Of a DNA stretch of 64,000 nt, positions 1-12,077 are shown piece after piece. The stretch spans positions 9,300,001-9,364,000 of the forward strand of contig OX597832.1 of NCBI GenBank assembly GCA_951406725.2, in the 5' to 3' direction. This DNA comes from Octopus vulgaris (lineage: Eukaryota). Made by a program: the position numbers and the translations under genes. Position 1 is the stretch's first letter. Each line of letters begins with the position of its first letter. The notes under the pieces were generated by a model that ran no database searches, was not told the origin of the DNA, and saw nothing but the letters and a program-made list of their open reading frames with translations.

Positions 1-151
1 CCAGTACGCAACTGGTAATTAATTTATCAATACCGAAGGGATGAAATACAAAGTCGACCTCTGTGGAATTTGAACTCGGAAATTAAAGTCAGACGAAATG
101 CCGCTAAGCTTTTCGCCCGGCGAGCTAACGTTTCTGCCAGCTCGCTGCCTT
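1..151 (-). mobile_element. SINE family A copy, cut by the window edge
   Basis: Reverse complement matches the head and core of the copy at 12968-13180 (aaggcggc.agctggcagaaacgtt...gaggtcgactttg..tttcatcc...accagttgcgtactgg). Confidence 0.85.
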
Positions 152-157
152 TCTCCT

Positions 158-570
158 GGTGGTAATGATGATGACAATAGTCATGGTAATAATAATGATG
201 ATGATGATGACGATGATGATGATGATGGTGGTGATCATGATGGTGTTATTGATGATAGCATTGCAAATTATGGCGATCATAATTTACATCACCATCATCA
301 TTACCATTTTTGTCATCAGTAGCACCATAATCATCATCATACACATCGTCAAGTTCGAGGTACTCCCCATCCTCTTCCTCCTCATCATCATAATTTTGAA
401 TGGCATCACCCTCCTCCTCCCCATCCTCCTCCTCATCATCATCATTGTCGTAGTCGTCATCATCATCCTTAGAATTATCGTAACCATCATCGTCATCGTC
501 ATCATCATTACCATCAACACCATCGTAATCCTCATGAGCTTAAGGTTCATCATCATCATCATCCTCATCA
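158..570. repeat. Degenerate (GAT)n then (CAT)n trinucleotide low-complexity tract
   Basis: Directly visible; source of the poly-M/I/D/H ORFs. Confidence 0.9.
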
Positions 571-1059
571 AAAGCAACTATATCGCAACCGAGATAGTCT
601 GTTCGTTCGTATATGGCATTAATCTTCATTTACTCATCATACTTTCATTTCCTTAGATATATCTAGACATCTCACATTTATGTTTACTCGCAGACACCAG
701 CATTGCCATGTGTTCCACGACCATCGGCACCCTTCTTCTTTCCGTATGTGTCAAAAGTAATAAGTATCACATCAAATGATTATTATATAAAACACTTGTT
801 ATATTTGCGATCAGCTGCGCTGAAACAAATTTTAGCAACTTTGTTGTCCAGAACAACATCGGTATCAGTCATATCACTGTCATTATAAACATCACTTTGA
901 TCGCTAACAATCTTATCATTATAAACATAGGAATCAAGATGATGGAATCCATCGTAAACATCAGCAACATGGTAAAAGTATGGAAAGAAATATTGCCAAC
1001 ATAGGAGTCAATTAAATTGAAACGTATGCCAGTCGTATTAATTGTGTGCCCTCGAGACG

Positions 1060-1250
1060 TAGACACAAGGTCAGCAACTTAAAGGAAAATCTTCCGTCAA
1101 TAACATCGACGCCGATACTAGACTGGTACTATATCTTGTCGAACTCAGGTGAGTAATGGCTAAGTGCACCGTGGAAGAATGTAAACTCACAATATAAAAA
1201 CTGGAATGAATCTGATGCGCCTTTCGCCGATGGTCTGACGACACTGCTTA
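1060..1250 (-). mobile_element. Highly diverged SINE family A copy
   Basis: acacaagg...catcgacgccgatactagactggtact...gaatgtaaactcacaat aligns loosely with other family A copies. Confidence 0.5.
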
Positions 1251-1257
1251 CCAAATT

Positions 1258-1330
<73 letters not shown>

Positions 1331-1342
1331 GACTACTACTAC

Positions 1343-1382
<40 letters not shown>

Positions 1383-1390
1383 AACTATAA
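1258..1390. repeat. (CTA)n + (GAT)n microsatellite
   Basis: Directly visible. Confidence 0.95.
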
Positions 1391-1583
1391 CCCTCTCTAC
1401 TGGAGGCACAAGGCATCAAATTTGGGGGAGTGAAGTAGTTTATTACATCCACCTCAGAGTTTCACAGGTACTTAATTTATCGACCCCTAATGGATGAAAG
1501 GTAAAGTCGACCTCACCGGAATTTGAAATCAGAACGTAGCGACAGACGAAAAACTGCTACGCATTTCATGCGGTGAGCTAACG
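1391..1583 (-). mobile_element. SINE family A copy
   Basis: ctactggaggcacaagg...ggtacttaatttatcgacccc...ggatgaaaggtaaagtcgacctc...gacagacgaa matches family A. Confidence 0.85.
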
Positions 1584-1794
1584 ATTAATCCCATACATTC
1601 GAATTCCACCCAGGACCGAATAACGAAACCCACACCACGATTGTCACGTGCCCGCCCGAAAGAAATTCCCCTTCTCCTCAAACCACTCTATCTACTACTG
1701 GTGAGAATAGGCCCATTCACTCGGTCTTCCTCACCACATTCACCTGCCACTCAACGGAGATAGTGGTGGATAAAGATGATGATGATGATAACAC

Positions 1795-1845
<51 letters not shown>

Positions 1846-1846
<1 letters not shown>

Positions 1847-2287
1847 GACCTAGTAAAAACTGATTAAATACCTACCAAAAACTGAGCAAATATAAAGATC
1901 TAGAAATAGAAATCAGCAAAATGTGGACCCTGAAGACTAAAACAATACATGTTGTCATAGGTTCCCGGGAAATGATAGCAAAATGGGCTGATTGCTACCT
2001 AACTCAGATACCAGGAAACCCAAAAATGGCAGAAATTCAAAAGATAGTGCACATGGAAACTGCTCATATCCTACGCAAAATACTTTCTATGTAATCTCAA
2101 GTTTTAAAACAAACATAGTCTTCGTATGTTTTTTTTTAGACATTCACTAGTACAACAGTAAATACAAAAGCAAATATATGGCACTCTAGGCATAACAACA
2201 GCACGAACTTCCAAACTGTTGTCTCTTGAGGTCTCTGAGTGAGACTTGGAGCCAACTTGTACAAATATAAAGCAAAAGTTAAGCATA

Positions 2288-2290
<3 letters not shown>
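1846..2290 (+). mobile_element. 5'-truncated R4/Dong-like non-LTR retrotransposon (C-terminal restriction-like endonuclease region plus 3' UTR) in (TAA)n
   Basis: 1873-2094 translates open: YQKLSKYKDLEIEISKMWTLKTKTIHVVIGSREMIAK...IQKIVHMETAHILRKILSM*. This fits the K..KY.DL..EI..MW...VVIG.LG...IQK...GTA.ILR pattern of R4/Dong. (TAA)n lies on both sides. Confidence 0.85.
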
Positions 2291-2371
<81 letters not shown>

Positions 2372-2374
2372 TGC

Positions 2375-2432
<58 letters not shown>

Positions 2433-2492
2433 AATGATGATGATGATGATGATGTTGGTGATGATAATAATGATAAGGATAATAATAATAAC
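2289..2492. repeat. Compound (AAT)n-(GCT)n-(GAT)n microsatellite
   Basis: Directly visible. Confidence 0.95.
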
Positions 2493-2499
2493 ATATGAC

Positions 2500-3065
2500 A
2501 TGATGCAGTACAAGGCAGTGGCTCTCCTGGCTTCTGGTCTTACATGATTGGATGTATCATCATGTACATTGTTATTGTCTTGGTATAAATGATGGGTTAC
2601 AGCAAATATTCTGTTCAATACAACAGATTTGCTTGTCAGTTGTTTGACCTTAACCAGTTGACCATGTCCCTTAGTGGCTGACGATATGTGCATTTCTGAT
2701 CAAGAGCAGAAGTAGTGGGAAGGCATCATAGCCACGTGTTGAGAGGAATTCTTAGAGGTTTGGATTATTCATCTTTGGAAATATGTGTGTTTTGTTCATC
2801 ATCATTAAACAGCCCTTTTTCAGGGACCTTTTGAACGGGATGGGTTACTCGACCTGAACAATATCCTAACTGGGCCCCACCTGCAATATCATGCGTTGTT
2901 TATGTTGGTATGTGATCAGGATGTTGCGCACATATTGTTGTAATGCATGTACCTGGTGTACTCGTAACAGATGAGTTGTCATGATGGGTATACTGGGCTT
3001 CGTATATTTTATCCCTGTATCACTTTGATGGCATGCACTGCTCTGCCCCCCTCTCTCTCTCTCTG
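2500..3065 (+). mobile_element. Interspersed repeat associated with (TAA)n, class uncertain
   Basis: Its 3' end (atactgggcttcgtatattttatccctgtatcactttgatggcatgcactgctct) recurs in reverse complement at 33551-33605, also next to an (AAT)n tract. Confidence 0.6.
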
Positions 3066-3329
3066 AATAATAATAACAATACGATGAAGAAGTGAAAGAA
3101 AACGAACGTAGATGATGATGATGATGATGATGATGATGAAGATGAGGGATTATTTTACTGGTTACTACGGCTCAAGCCATGAGGTACAGTGTCAAATGAA
3201 GAGATACAACACACAAAGCAGGTGAGATTTATATCTATCATGTGGAGAGGCTATAGAGTAAATTTAAAGTATTTAACAATATGTTGTAGATGTAGAAATT
3301 ACGAAAATGCATAATGAATACGTAGAATT

Positions 3330-3600
3330 CCTAATAGCGAGTCAGTTTATTTTGGGCGGGCAAAAGTCCCGGATTGCTCTGTCATCCGCAAGGCATGGGA
3401 TATACCGTCCTCCAGATCCTTTTCTCCTGATATTTTATTCAAATTCAAACCGTCTTGCCAGTCAGATCCACTTTTTAATAAACAAATTAGAAGGCTGCTC
3501 GTCCTTCTCTAGCCTCACCTTTCTTCTCAAAGGATATCCGATGAATTGATGAAAGCTTAACCAAATAAATATTATCATCGTTTCTAAATTTCTTATTCAA
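3330..3600 (-). pseudogene. Possible 3' remnant of an L1/Tx1-like LINE ORF2
   Basis: Minus-strand FHQFIGYPLRRKVRLEKDEQPSNLFIKKWI*LARR resembles the Tx1 ORF2 C-terminus (LKRK.R.E......F..RW), from recall. Confidence 0.4.
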
Positions 3601-3663
3601 GATATCAAGTTTCTGGTCAAAAACTATTTAAGATTATTTTCAGTGGTACATGAATAAGATATA

Positions 3664-4178
3664 CTGTAAGCCCTCGACTATCGCGAGTATTTCGTTAAAA
3701 AAAAACCCTGCTACAGGTGAGAATCCGCGAAGTAGAAACTGTACTGTACTCTATTTTCTTCTTCTCTTTTTACAATTTATATATATGTATTTTATTATTT
3801 TTATATATTTAAGCTTTTATAAATTCTCACCACATTCCTAGAAGTACACAAGTCTCTTCTTTCTCCATACAATATGTGCGATTCTTTGTTCACTCCTCTA
3901 CGGTACACTACGTATTTTCTTTTAAAATAGTTTAACTAAAGTGTTATACAGTGCAGTACTGCACTGTATTTTTCTTTATTAATCATTTTTTTTTAGGCAT
4001 GAAAATGCTTATCTTACCACAGAAATAATGAAAATCTATAATATGTGAAAACCTATCAGCAGCAGAAACCCATGATTTACTGAGGAGTCCGTGATATAAA
4101 TTTACATACATTAGTCAGAAAAACCCGCCATGTACAGAGGACGTGATAAATGAATCACGATATGGTGAGTGATTAATG
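3664..4178. mobile_element. Tigger/pogo-like MITE with degenerate TIRs and TA target duplication
   Basis: Ends read ta|ctgtaagccctcgactatcgcga ... tcacgatatggtgagtgattaatg|ta, an imperfect inverted pair. Confidence 0.65.
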
Positions 4179-5539
4179 TAGTCCTATATTTACAGTATCT
4201 GCCTAAATGTAATGCTAGCAAAACCATCCCCAACACTTTGTGTTTATCTTTGTATATTCCTCTTTATCCTTTGCACCGGTGGCAAGTAAATGGAATCATT
4301 ATTGTATGCATCTTATAATTAACAACCATATCCTCTCCTCCACTCCTCAACGTTCTATAACTCGCCTCACTTGTGACTTCGCCATCAGTACAATCATAAT
4401 AAAGATGTCAGAATATTTAATCATTTACTGAGGTGAAGATGTACTGAATGGCGTACCACAAAAATATTCTAATCAATTTGAAAATTCAGTTAGTCAAAGG
4501 AAACAAACATTTAGTGGCAATTGCGAGTGACTTTCAAAGCAAAAATGTGAAAATATCAACAAATTAAAAATTAATTTCTTAGAAAATTAGAATTCGAACT
4601 TTAGAAGGAAACACGGTTTTTGTTAGCTGACAGGTTGACAGCTCTGAGTGAATTTTTTGTTATATTATTCCACATCAACGAAGCATAATCTGAGGTCTTT
4701 GGTAATCTGTGGACAGGAAGATTTTACAATGTAGAAATAATTATGAACATTTTTGGCGAATATAATTTACATAATATTTAATAAATAATTGTCAGAAATT
4801 CTAGATAAATATCAGACTCCCTAACAGTGTGTATATCAAAACAAGTCATATCCTAAGTCATTATCGGTTTTCTTGTCATATATAAATGCCATTTCCACCA
4901 TATTATCGCCATCTCTTCCAACTCAATCTCAATATTTATCAGTACTTTAGTCACCACACTCGTGGTCATCGTTCAGTTGCAGCCGAATCTTCCTCCCCCG
5001 TTTCACAAGTACCTCATTCCTTTCCGCCTCCTCGTGCACAACACTAAAACCTATTCAGCCTCCTGCACGAGCGCATTCTTTTTACATCCTTTACACTAAC
5101 ACCACTATCATCGTCATCACCATTACCACCACCATCGCTACCACCACTACCACAAGAAACATCAGAATGATTGCTAGCATCCACCAGCTTCAATGCCTCA
5201 TTGTCCTTCTTCCCCGACCTCCTACTCTTTGTTTTCCTTATCATTCTCTTTTTTTTCTTTCTTTCTAAATCTCCTCATTATCAATAGCATCACCACAGTT
5301 TACAGGGGAATAATTCTTTGAAAATCTTTAGAAGAAATTGGCAAAATAGAATCAGATACACTACGGAGAATCTTCGAAAATAGAAAAAAATTGAAATATA
5401 AAAATTCTATACAAATTCCATTTGTCATAAAGTACCTGATACTTTACTTGTACTGCGTTGGGTGGTGTGTATCTAAGTATATGTTGATTCATACACATAA
5501 ACACACATATGTAGATTGTATATATATATGTATATATAT

Positions 5540-5583
<44 letters not shown>

Positions 5584-5610
5584 ACACATATATATATATA
5601 TATATACATA

Positions 5611-5664
<54 letters not shown>

Positions 5665-6877
5665 CATACACATATATGTATATGTATTTCTATGTTAAGA
5701 GTCTTTGTTTTTCTTGATTTTGAAATCTGAAAAGAAAAGCCAAGTGGATACAAGTGTTAACTGAAGCCAAGCGTGAAGTTTTGGAAATGTTAAAATATTA
5801 AGAAAAAAAATCGTGATGATAAGCAGAAGAAAATTTTAAAAGAAAAATCATGTTATGTTCCATCATGTATGAAATGAAATCGAATATTTTGAATTCTGTT
5901 ATCAAAGTTATTGTGCGAAACTCAATAGTAGAATGTGTTTTGTTTTGTTTTGTCTGTCCAGTTTGATGCACAATCCAAATTATTTGAATAATCTTTTCTA
6001 AAAGAGAACGAAATTTTCGAAAAAAAGTTGAAAAAAAATAATAATCGTGCGATGCATTCATTTTTATAAAGCAACACCAAAGATTAAAAAATTCTATAAA
6101 AAAATTAAATCGTGTAAGAATTTACAGAATATGAATCACGAAGAAATAATATGGAAATTATTTCATATTTGTATATAATAAATGTATAAGAATATGACTT
6201 GTGAACATTGGGGTAGTGTGTATGATTATGTGTATATATATATGTATCTGCTAGCGTATGTCGTTGTATGTGTTTGCGTTTGTGCGTTTTTTAATGTGAA
6301 CGTCCATGTGTATCTGGGATATAGCTGTCGTGGTGTTATGGAAATGTTTTCTGACAAAGCGTACCATGGTTAACGTATGTCAATTATAAAATCAGCAGCC
6401 GCTAAGCAAGATAGTGTTCTGCTGTAAAATATCACTTTGAGCAATGTAGAAATATATTGTTTCTCGCTGGCCCGGATTAAAAAAAAGAGATTCGAAAAAG
6501 ATGAATAAGCAGTGTTTTCGTTCATGACGATGAAAAAGGATTTGAAATATCCTAGTTTTAAATCCAAGCAAAAGATAGATTTCACAATTGGTATAGTAAA
6601 GCATATATTAAGGAAGATGTCTCGAACATATGTTTGATGCTATGATGCTAAATTATTTGAAATATTTTTTTTTACAATTTCTTTATATGTAAAATTTATA
6701 ATATGCATATAATATCGACAAAGTGTGTGCCTCAACATATTATTCCCTGGTAAGGATTGACGCACACTGTCACCACGCCGTTGAGTTTTGTTTCCATTTC
6801 TCGAAACTATTTTAAATTTATAGAGTAATTTTCTATCTGAAATGTTCGACGTTAGATTACAGTGGCTATAAAATAAT

Positions 6878-7140
6878 CGCAGTAGGTGTATTGTGGGCGA
6901 AGGAAAAACTTTTCATCGCAGTCACAGGTTCCAATTTTGAACCATCTGAATGAGATCTTGAACAATTTCTATGACTTTGGTTTGCCTGATACCCGGTGAG
7001 TGAAAATGCATAACTAAAATTTGTATAGAATTCACTTGGCTGGAATGTATCTGTAGTCTATGCCACGGTCAACTTGTCTGAGAATGAATTTATGGGTAGA
7101 CGTGTATTTGAACTACAACACAGGTTAATTTATGAGCCAA
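6878..7140 (+). mobile_element. Highly diverged SINE family B copy
   Basis: gtaggtgtattgtgg...cacaggttcc...atcttgaacaa...gtgagtgaaa loosely follows the family B head. Confidence 0.4.
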
Positions 7141-7839
7141 TTCCTCACCTTTAAAACCACTATCAAAATATTCAAATATACTTCATGATAAGTCTAATGT
7201 TCTAAAGAAGTACAATTCGGCAGCGTGTTCGCTCTTGGCGATGAGACGTTTTACAATTATGACGCAACTTACAACAGAATGAAACTTGATATTTTCTTTC
7301 GAAGTATAGAAAATAGATAAAAGGTAATATTTACCAGAGCGCTTTACCCGACATCTTGGATATTTAATACTAAATAGACATTATACAAAGAGCACTTTCA
7401 AACCAACCGTTGACGTCACGAGATATTTCAGCGACATGGCAGTTAATGCCACCAAAGGAAGATGCATATAGCAGACGTCATGTTCCAGGTGTATGGTCGA
7501 GAAAAACTACACTGAACTTACCCGCTTCAACTGAAGTCTTAGAAATCTTTGGAAGTGATTTAATATACGTATAACCTGTGCTTTCTCCACTCTCACATCC
7601 CCCACCTCCCCACAACTTCACACCACACCACGCTACACTACACCATACAACGTTGCACATCACATCACAACACATCACCCACACACCCACAACACACAAC
7701 CCACACACCCACCCCCGCATCTTTACACCTACACATACATACACACACCCCCACATCTCCACACCCACACATACATACACACACACGTCCAGACCACCAG
7801 CCCTCTTTCACACGCACATACATACTTTCTTATACACAC

Positions 7840-8146
7840 ACGAACCTTTGTTTTGGGGGCTCCTTCGTATTGGAAGTAACTGGACCCTGTTATCTCCCCT
7901 ACTGTCCCAATCGCGTTTGACCATTCTGTCCGAAGTCAGACGCCATGATAGATTGTTAGCTACTACACGCATTTTTTTTTCTCTCCTTGTTTCTCTCTCT
8001 GTGTTTTCCTGTGTATCTTTCTGTGGAAGAGCATAGACTTGAAACGTAAAAGACTTTTTTCTATTTCTGAGCGCTATACTAATACATTTGTTTGTTTGTA
8101 CACCACCTGCATTCGTCTTTTGTTTAAACTCATAAACTTTCCCCTT
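7840..8146 (+). mobile_element. Non-autonomous repeat with a variant hammerhead-like motif; homologous to 13964-14158 (-)
   Basis: About 200 bp are shared in inverted orientation with 13964-14158 (cgccatgatagat...ctgtgga.gagc.tag...gaaacgtaa.agactttttt...accacctg..ttcgtcttttgttt). Confidence 0.7.
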
Positions 8147-8276
8147 ATATATATATATATATCACGTGATAACGTGACCGACCAGTCCATCATATGTAGT
8201 TACACATCGCTGGTCACAATGCGTTCGCATTGTTTTAGTCTTCGAATGACGCCTCCCCGCTGGCTAAGCGAGCAGG

Positions 8277-8335
<59 letters not shown>

Positions 8336-8457
8336 ATAGAGGGCATTATTACACATAAATGCCTCACACTAAGAGGGACTAAGTCATTACTACCAAAATT
8401 ATACTAATCATACCCAAATGCAGTTTTTCAAAGCAAGACATTTAAAAAAATGAATTT

Positions 8458-8515
8458 AGTTCTGTATCACCGTGATTTCACATTCAACTTGCGTCTTATG
8501 ATCCTCAGCAGAACT
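8458..8515 (-). ncRNA. Type I hammerhead ribozyme motif (array copy 1)
   Basis: Minus strand: AGUUCUG-CUGAGGA-22 nt (weak stem II, cau/aug)-GAAA-UCAC G GUGA-UA-CAGAACU. Stem I is 7 bp and stem III is quasi-palindromic. Confidence 0.8.
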
Positions 8516-8938
8516 GATTCTGAACACATCATAAATAAACTACCAACCTTACGTAGCGAAGACGACCAGACAACTGATCACTCCGGCCAAGCACATGGAA
8601 TGTTTATAAATCATATATCCGGTAAATGGCGGGCTTTTTACGAACTGCATGTCGGGTAATAAAAAGTATTTTGGAATAAGTTTAACAATTAAGGATAACC
8701 TCTTAATAAGGAATCTTAACAAGAAATTATCGGGTAGTTAGCGTGAAAACCTCATAAAAGAAAAGAATTCGAAAATAATTTTTTTCTTTTGAACAAATTA
8801 ATTATATCTATATTGTATAGAGGGCATTATTACACATAAATGCCTCACACTAAGAGGGACTAAGTCATTACTACCAAAATTATACTAATCATACCCAAAT
8901 GCAGTTTTTCAAAGCAAGACATTTAAAAAAATGAATTT

Positions 8939-8996
8939 AGTTCTGTATCACCGTGATTTCACATTCAACTTGCGTCTTATGATCCTCAGCAGAACT
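8939..8996 (-). ncRNA. Type I hammerhead ribozyme motif (array copy 2)
   Basis: Identical to 8458-8515. Confidence 0.8.
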
Positions 8997-9419
8997 GATT
9001 CTGAACACATCATAAATAAACTACCAACCTTACGTAGCGAAGACGACCAGACAACTGATCACTCCGGCCAAGCACATGGAATGTTTATAAATCATATATC
9101 CGGTAAATGGCGGGCTTTTTACGAACTGCATGTCGGGTAATAAAAAGTATTTCGGAATAAGTTTAACAATTAAGGATAACCTCTTAATAAGGAATCTTAA
9201 CAAGAAATTATCGGGTAGTTAGCGTGAAAACCTCATAAAAGAAAAGAATTCGAAAATAATTTTTTTCTTTTGAACAAATTAATTATATCTATATTGTATA
9301 GAGGGCATTATTACACATAAATGCCTCACACTAAGAGGGACTAAGTCATTACTACCAAAATTATACTAATCATACCCAAATGCAGTTTTTCAAAGCAAGA
9401 CATTTAAAAAAATGAATTT

Positions 9420-9477
9420 AGTTCTGTATCACCGTGATTTCACATTCAACTTGCGTCTTATGATCCTCAGCAGAACT
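9420..9477 (-). ncRNA. Type I hammerhead ribozyme motif (array copy 3)
   Basis: Identical to 8458-8515. Confidence 0.8.
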
Positions 9478-10676
9478 GATTCTGAACACATCATAAATAA
9501 ACTACCAACCTTACGTAGCGAAGACGACCAGACAACTGATCACTCCGGCCAAGCACATGGAATGTTTATAAATCATATATCCGGTAAATGGCGGGCTTTT
9601 TACGAACTGCATGTCGGGTAATAAAAAGTATTTCGGAATAAGTTTAACAATTAAGGATAACCTCTTAATAAGGAATCTTAACAAGAAATTATCGGGTAGT
9701 TAGCGTGAAAACCTCATAAAAGAAAAGAATTCGAAAATAATTTTTTTCTTTTGAACAAATTAATTATATCTATATTGTATAGAGGGCATTATTACACATA
9801 AATGCCTCACACTAAGAGGGACTAAGTCATTTTTTTAAATGTCTTGCTTTGAAAAACTGCATTTGGGTATGATTAGTATAATTTTGGTAGTAATGACTTA
9901 GTCCCTCTTAGTGTGAGGCATTTATGTGTAATAATGCCCTCTATACAATATAGATATAATTAATTTGTTCAAAAGAAAAAAATTATTTTCGAATTCTTTT
10001 CTTTTATGAGGTTTTCACGCTAACTACCCGATAATTTCTTGTTAAGATTCCTTATTAAGAGGTTATCCTTAATTGTTAAACTTATATATATATATATATA
10101 AAACGACATCTTATACGATACTTTTATTCATGGATATGTGATGACACCGATGAGGCTTCATGAATTCATAGTCATCATTTGTTCAGACAGTATAAAGTAC
10201 TGCTTCCATAATAAGTAATGAGAAACTGAAAATTTCGAATAAATCTAACGTTATTAATAATGGAAAATCCAGCAGGAAATGGCACGAGGTGCAAATATCT
10301 AAATCAATATATTAATTTTATATCATTAGTTGAATTTACGCTAACGTTGAAATTAATTAATTAAACAGTTAAAACCAATACGCTTGTTAACTGGAAATTA
10401 TTCATTCACAGGAAATTCTGTATATTGTGTGCGAACAAACACACGTATTGCTACAAACTGAAGGAGAAAATCTGCTCAGACAGAAACACTTTTAGGACGC
10501 ATAGAAAATATTAGTTGCACCTAGGAAATCAGAAGCATAGATCCGAAGAAATGCCCGTAACTCGCTCTGACACACCCTGCGTATAAATACACACACGCGC
10601 AAACATGCAAACACACACACACGCACACACACACCAACACATGCACGGATGCATAAATGCACATGCACACATGAGG

Positions 10677-10719
<43 letters not shown>

Positions 10720-10820
10720 ATGTGTATGTATATAATCATATATATGTATATATTCATATATATGTATATATGCATATATATGACATATATATATATATAT
10801 AAATATATATATATTTGAAT

Positions 10821-11057
10821 TATACTAGCCATCAATATGGCTAACCACTAAGGGTGGGTGTTACTGTAGCTTTTAGCCCCAGGAGATCATCGTCTCCAGC
10901 TGGCTTTAGGCACACTATCTGTGCCCTTATGGTACTTGCAAAGGGAGGTCATCCTTCTCTCGTAAGCCTAAGTGATACGCACGGACGATGATCTCCTGGG
11001 GCTAAAAGCTACAGTAACACCCACCCTTAGTGGTTAGCCATATTGATGGCTAGTATA
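10821..11057. mobile_element. MITE with 74-bp perfect terminal inverted repeats
   Basis: 10821-10894 is the exact reverse complement of 10984-11057. Related to 28911-29106. Confidence 0.9.
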
Positions 11058-12005
11058 CTTTACGTTATCGAGCGGTTACTGTTTACATCTCGTTCAGAGA
11101 TTTATTATTGCTATATATATATGTATATATATTTAATATAATAACAAAATAATATATAAAAATATACATATATACATACATATATGTACATACCTGCATA
11201 TATATGAATATATACATGCATAGATGGGTACAAGACACAAAAAAAACCTCGAACACAATGAGAAACGAACACATAAAACAGAAACATGGAAACGGACTTT
11301 TTTTCAAACAACGAAAAAACAGAGTACAAGACATACAACACAAGGAATATTTCCCTTCTTCAGTTCTCCCTGTTTCGGCTACATCGCGTTGCGAGGGTAA
11401 GGACAAGACTCGACTTCGATGAAATAGTCCTTCCCGCAAAGCAAATTAAATCAATTTGGGATTTTTTGCGGCGGGGTGAAAGTGGTAACAAGAACAGGAC
11501 AGTAAAAACAAATCAAGACAGTAAAACCGATAGAAATAAAAACAGTATAAGACAGAACAAGGAGAATAACACAGTAAAAAGAAAACGATGAGGACTGTTA
11601 AGCCGAGACGATGGAAAATTATTTTGAACGCATTGAGAGGACGACTTATGAGAAGGACAGGATAAGCTGTGTTGACTTGTTGACGGTAGCAATCTCTCAT
11701 CCTTTGTGTTCAACGTTTTTAGGTGTCCTGTACCCATATATGCATGCATATATAGATATAGATGTAGGTATGTGAATATATATGTATGTATATATGCATA
11801 TGTTTATATATTATTTTGCTATTATATGATCGAACGCCACGCATCCACTTCCAAGTAAGTTTTATTTTATATTTAATATACATTCACGCGCGCACACACA
11901 CACAAACACACACACACACAAAGACACACAGGCATATATATATATATATAAATATTTTTATACATAGATATATCTATATATTTATATATATATATATGTG
12001 TATGT

Positions 12006-12077
<72 letters not shown>

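Larger units (their letters stand above)
8331..10085 (-). mobile_element. Tandem array of a 481-bp hammerhead-bearing unit (3 full + 1 partial) with inverted tail; retrozyme / PLE pLTR-like
   Basis: Units start at 8331, 8812, 9293 and 9774 (period 481; one substitution seen). 9828-10085 is the reverse complement of a segment spanning the unit junction. (TA)n flanks both ends. Confidence 0.9.

Noticed and set aside
98-656. Poly-D/H/M/I ORFs
   Set aside because: Translations of trinucleotide repeats; no domain or splice support.
8450-9621. Three identical 69-aa ORFs
   Set aside because: By-product of the 481-bp repeat; antisense to the HHR and has no recognisable motif.
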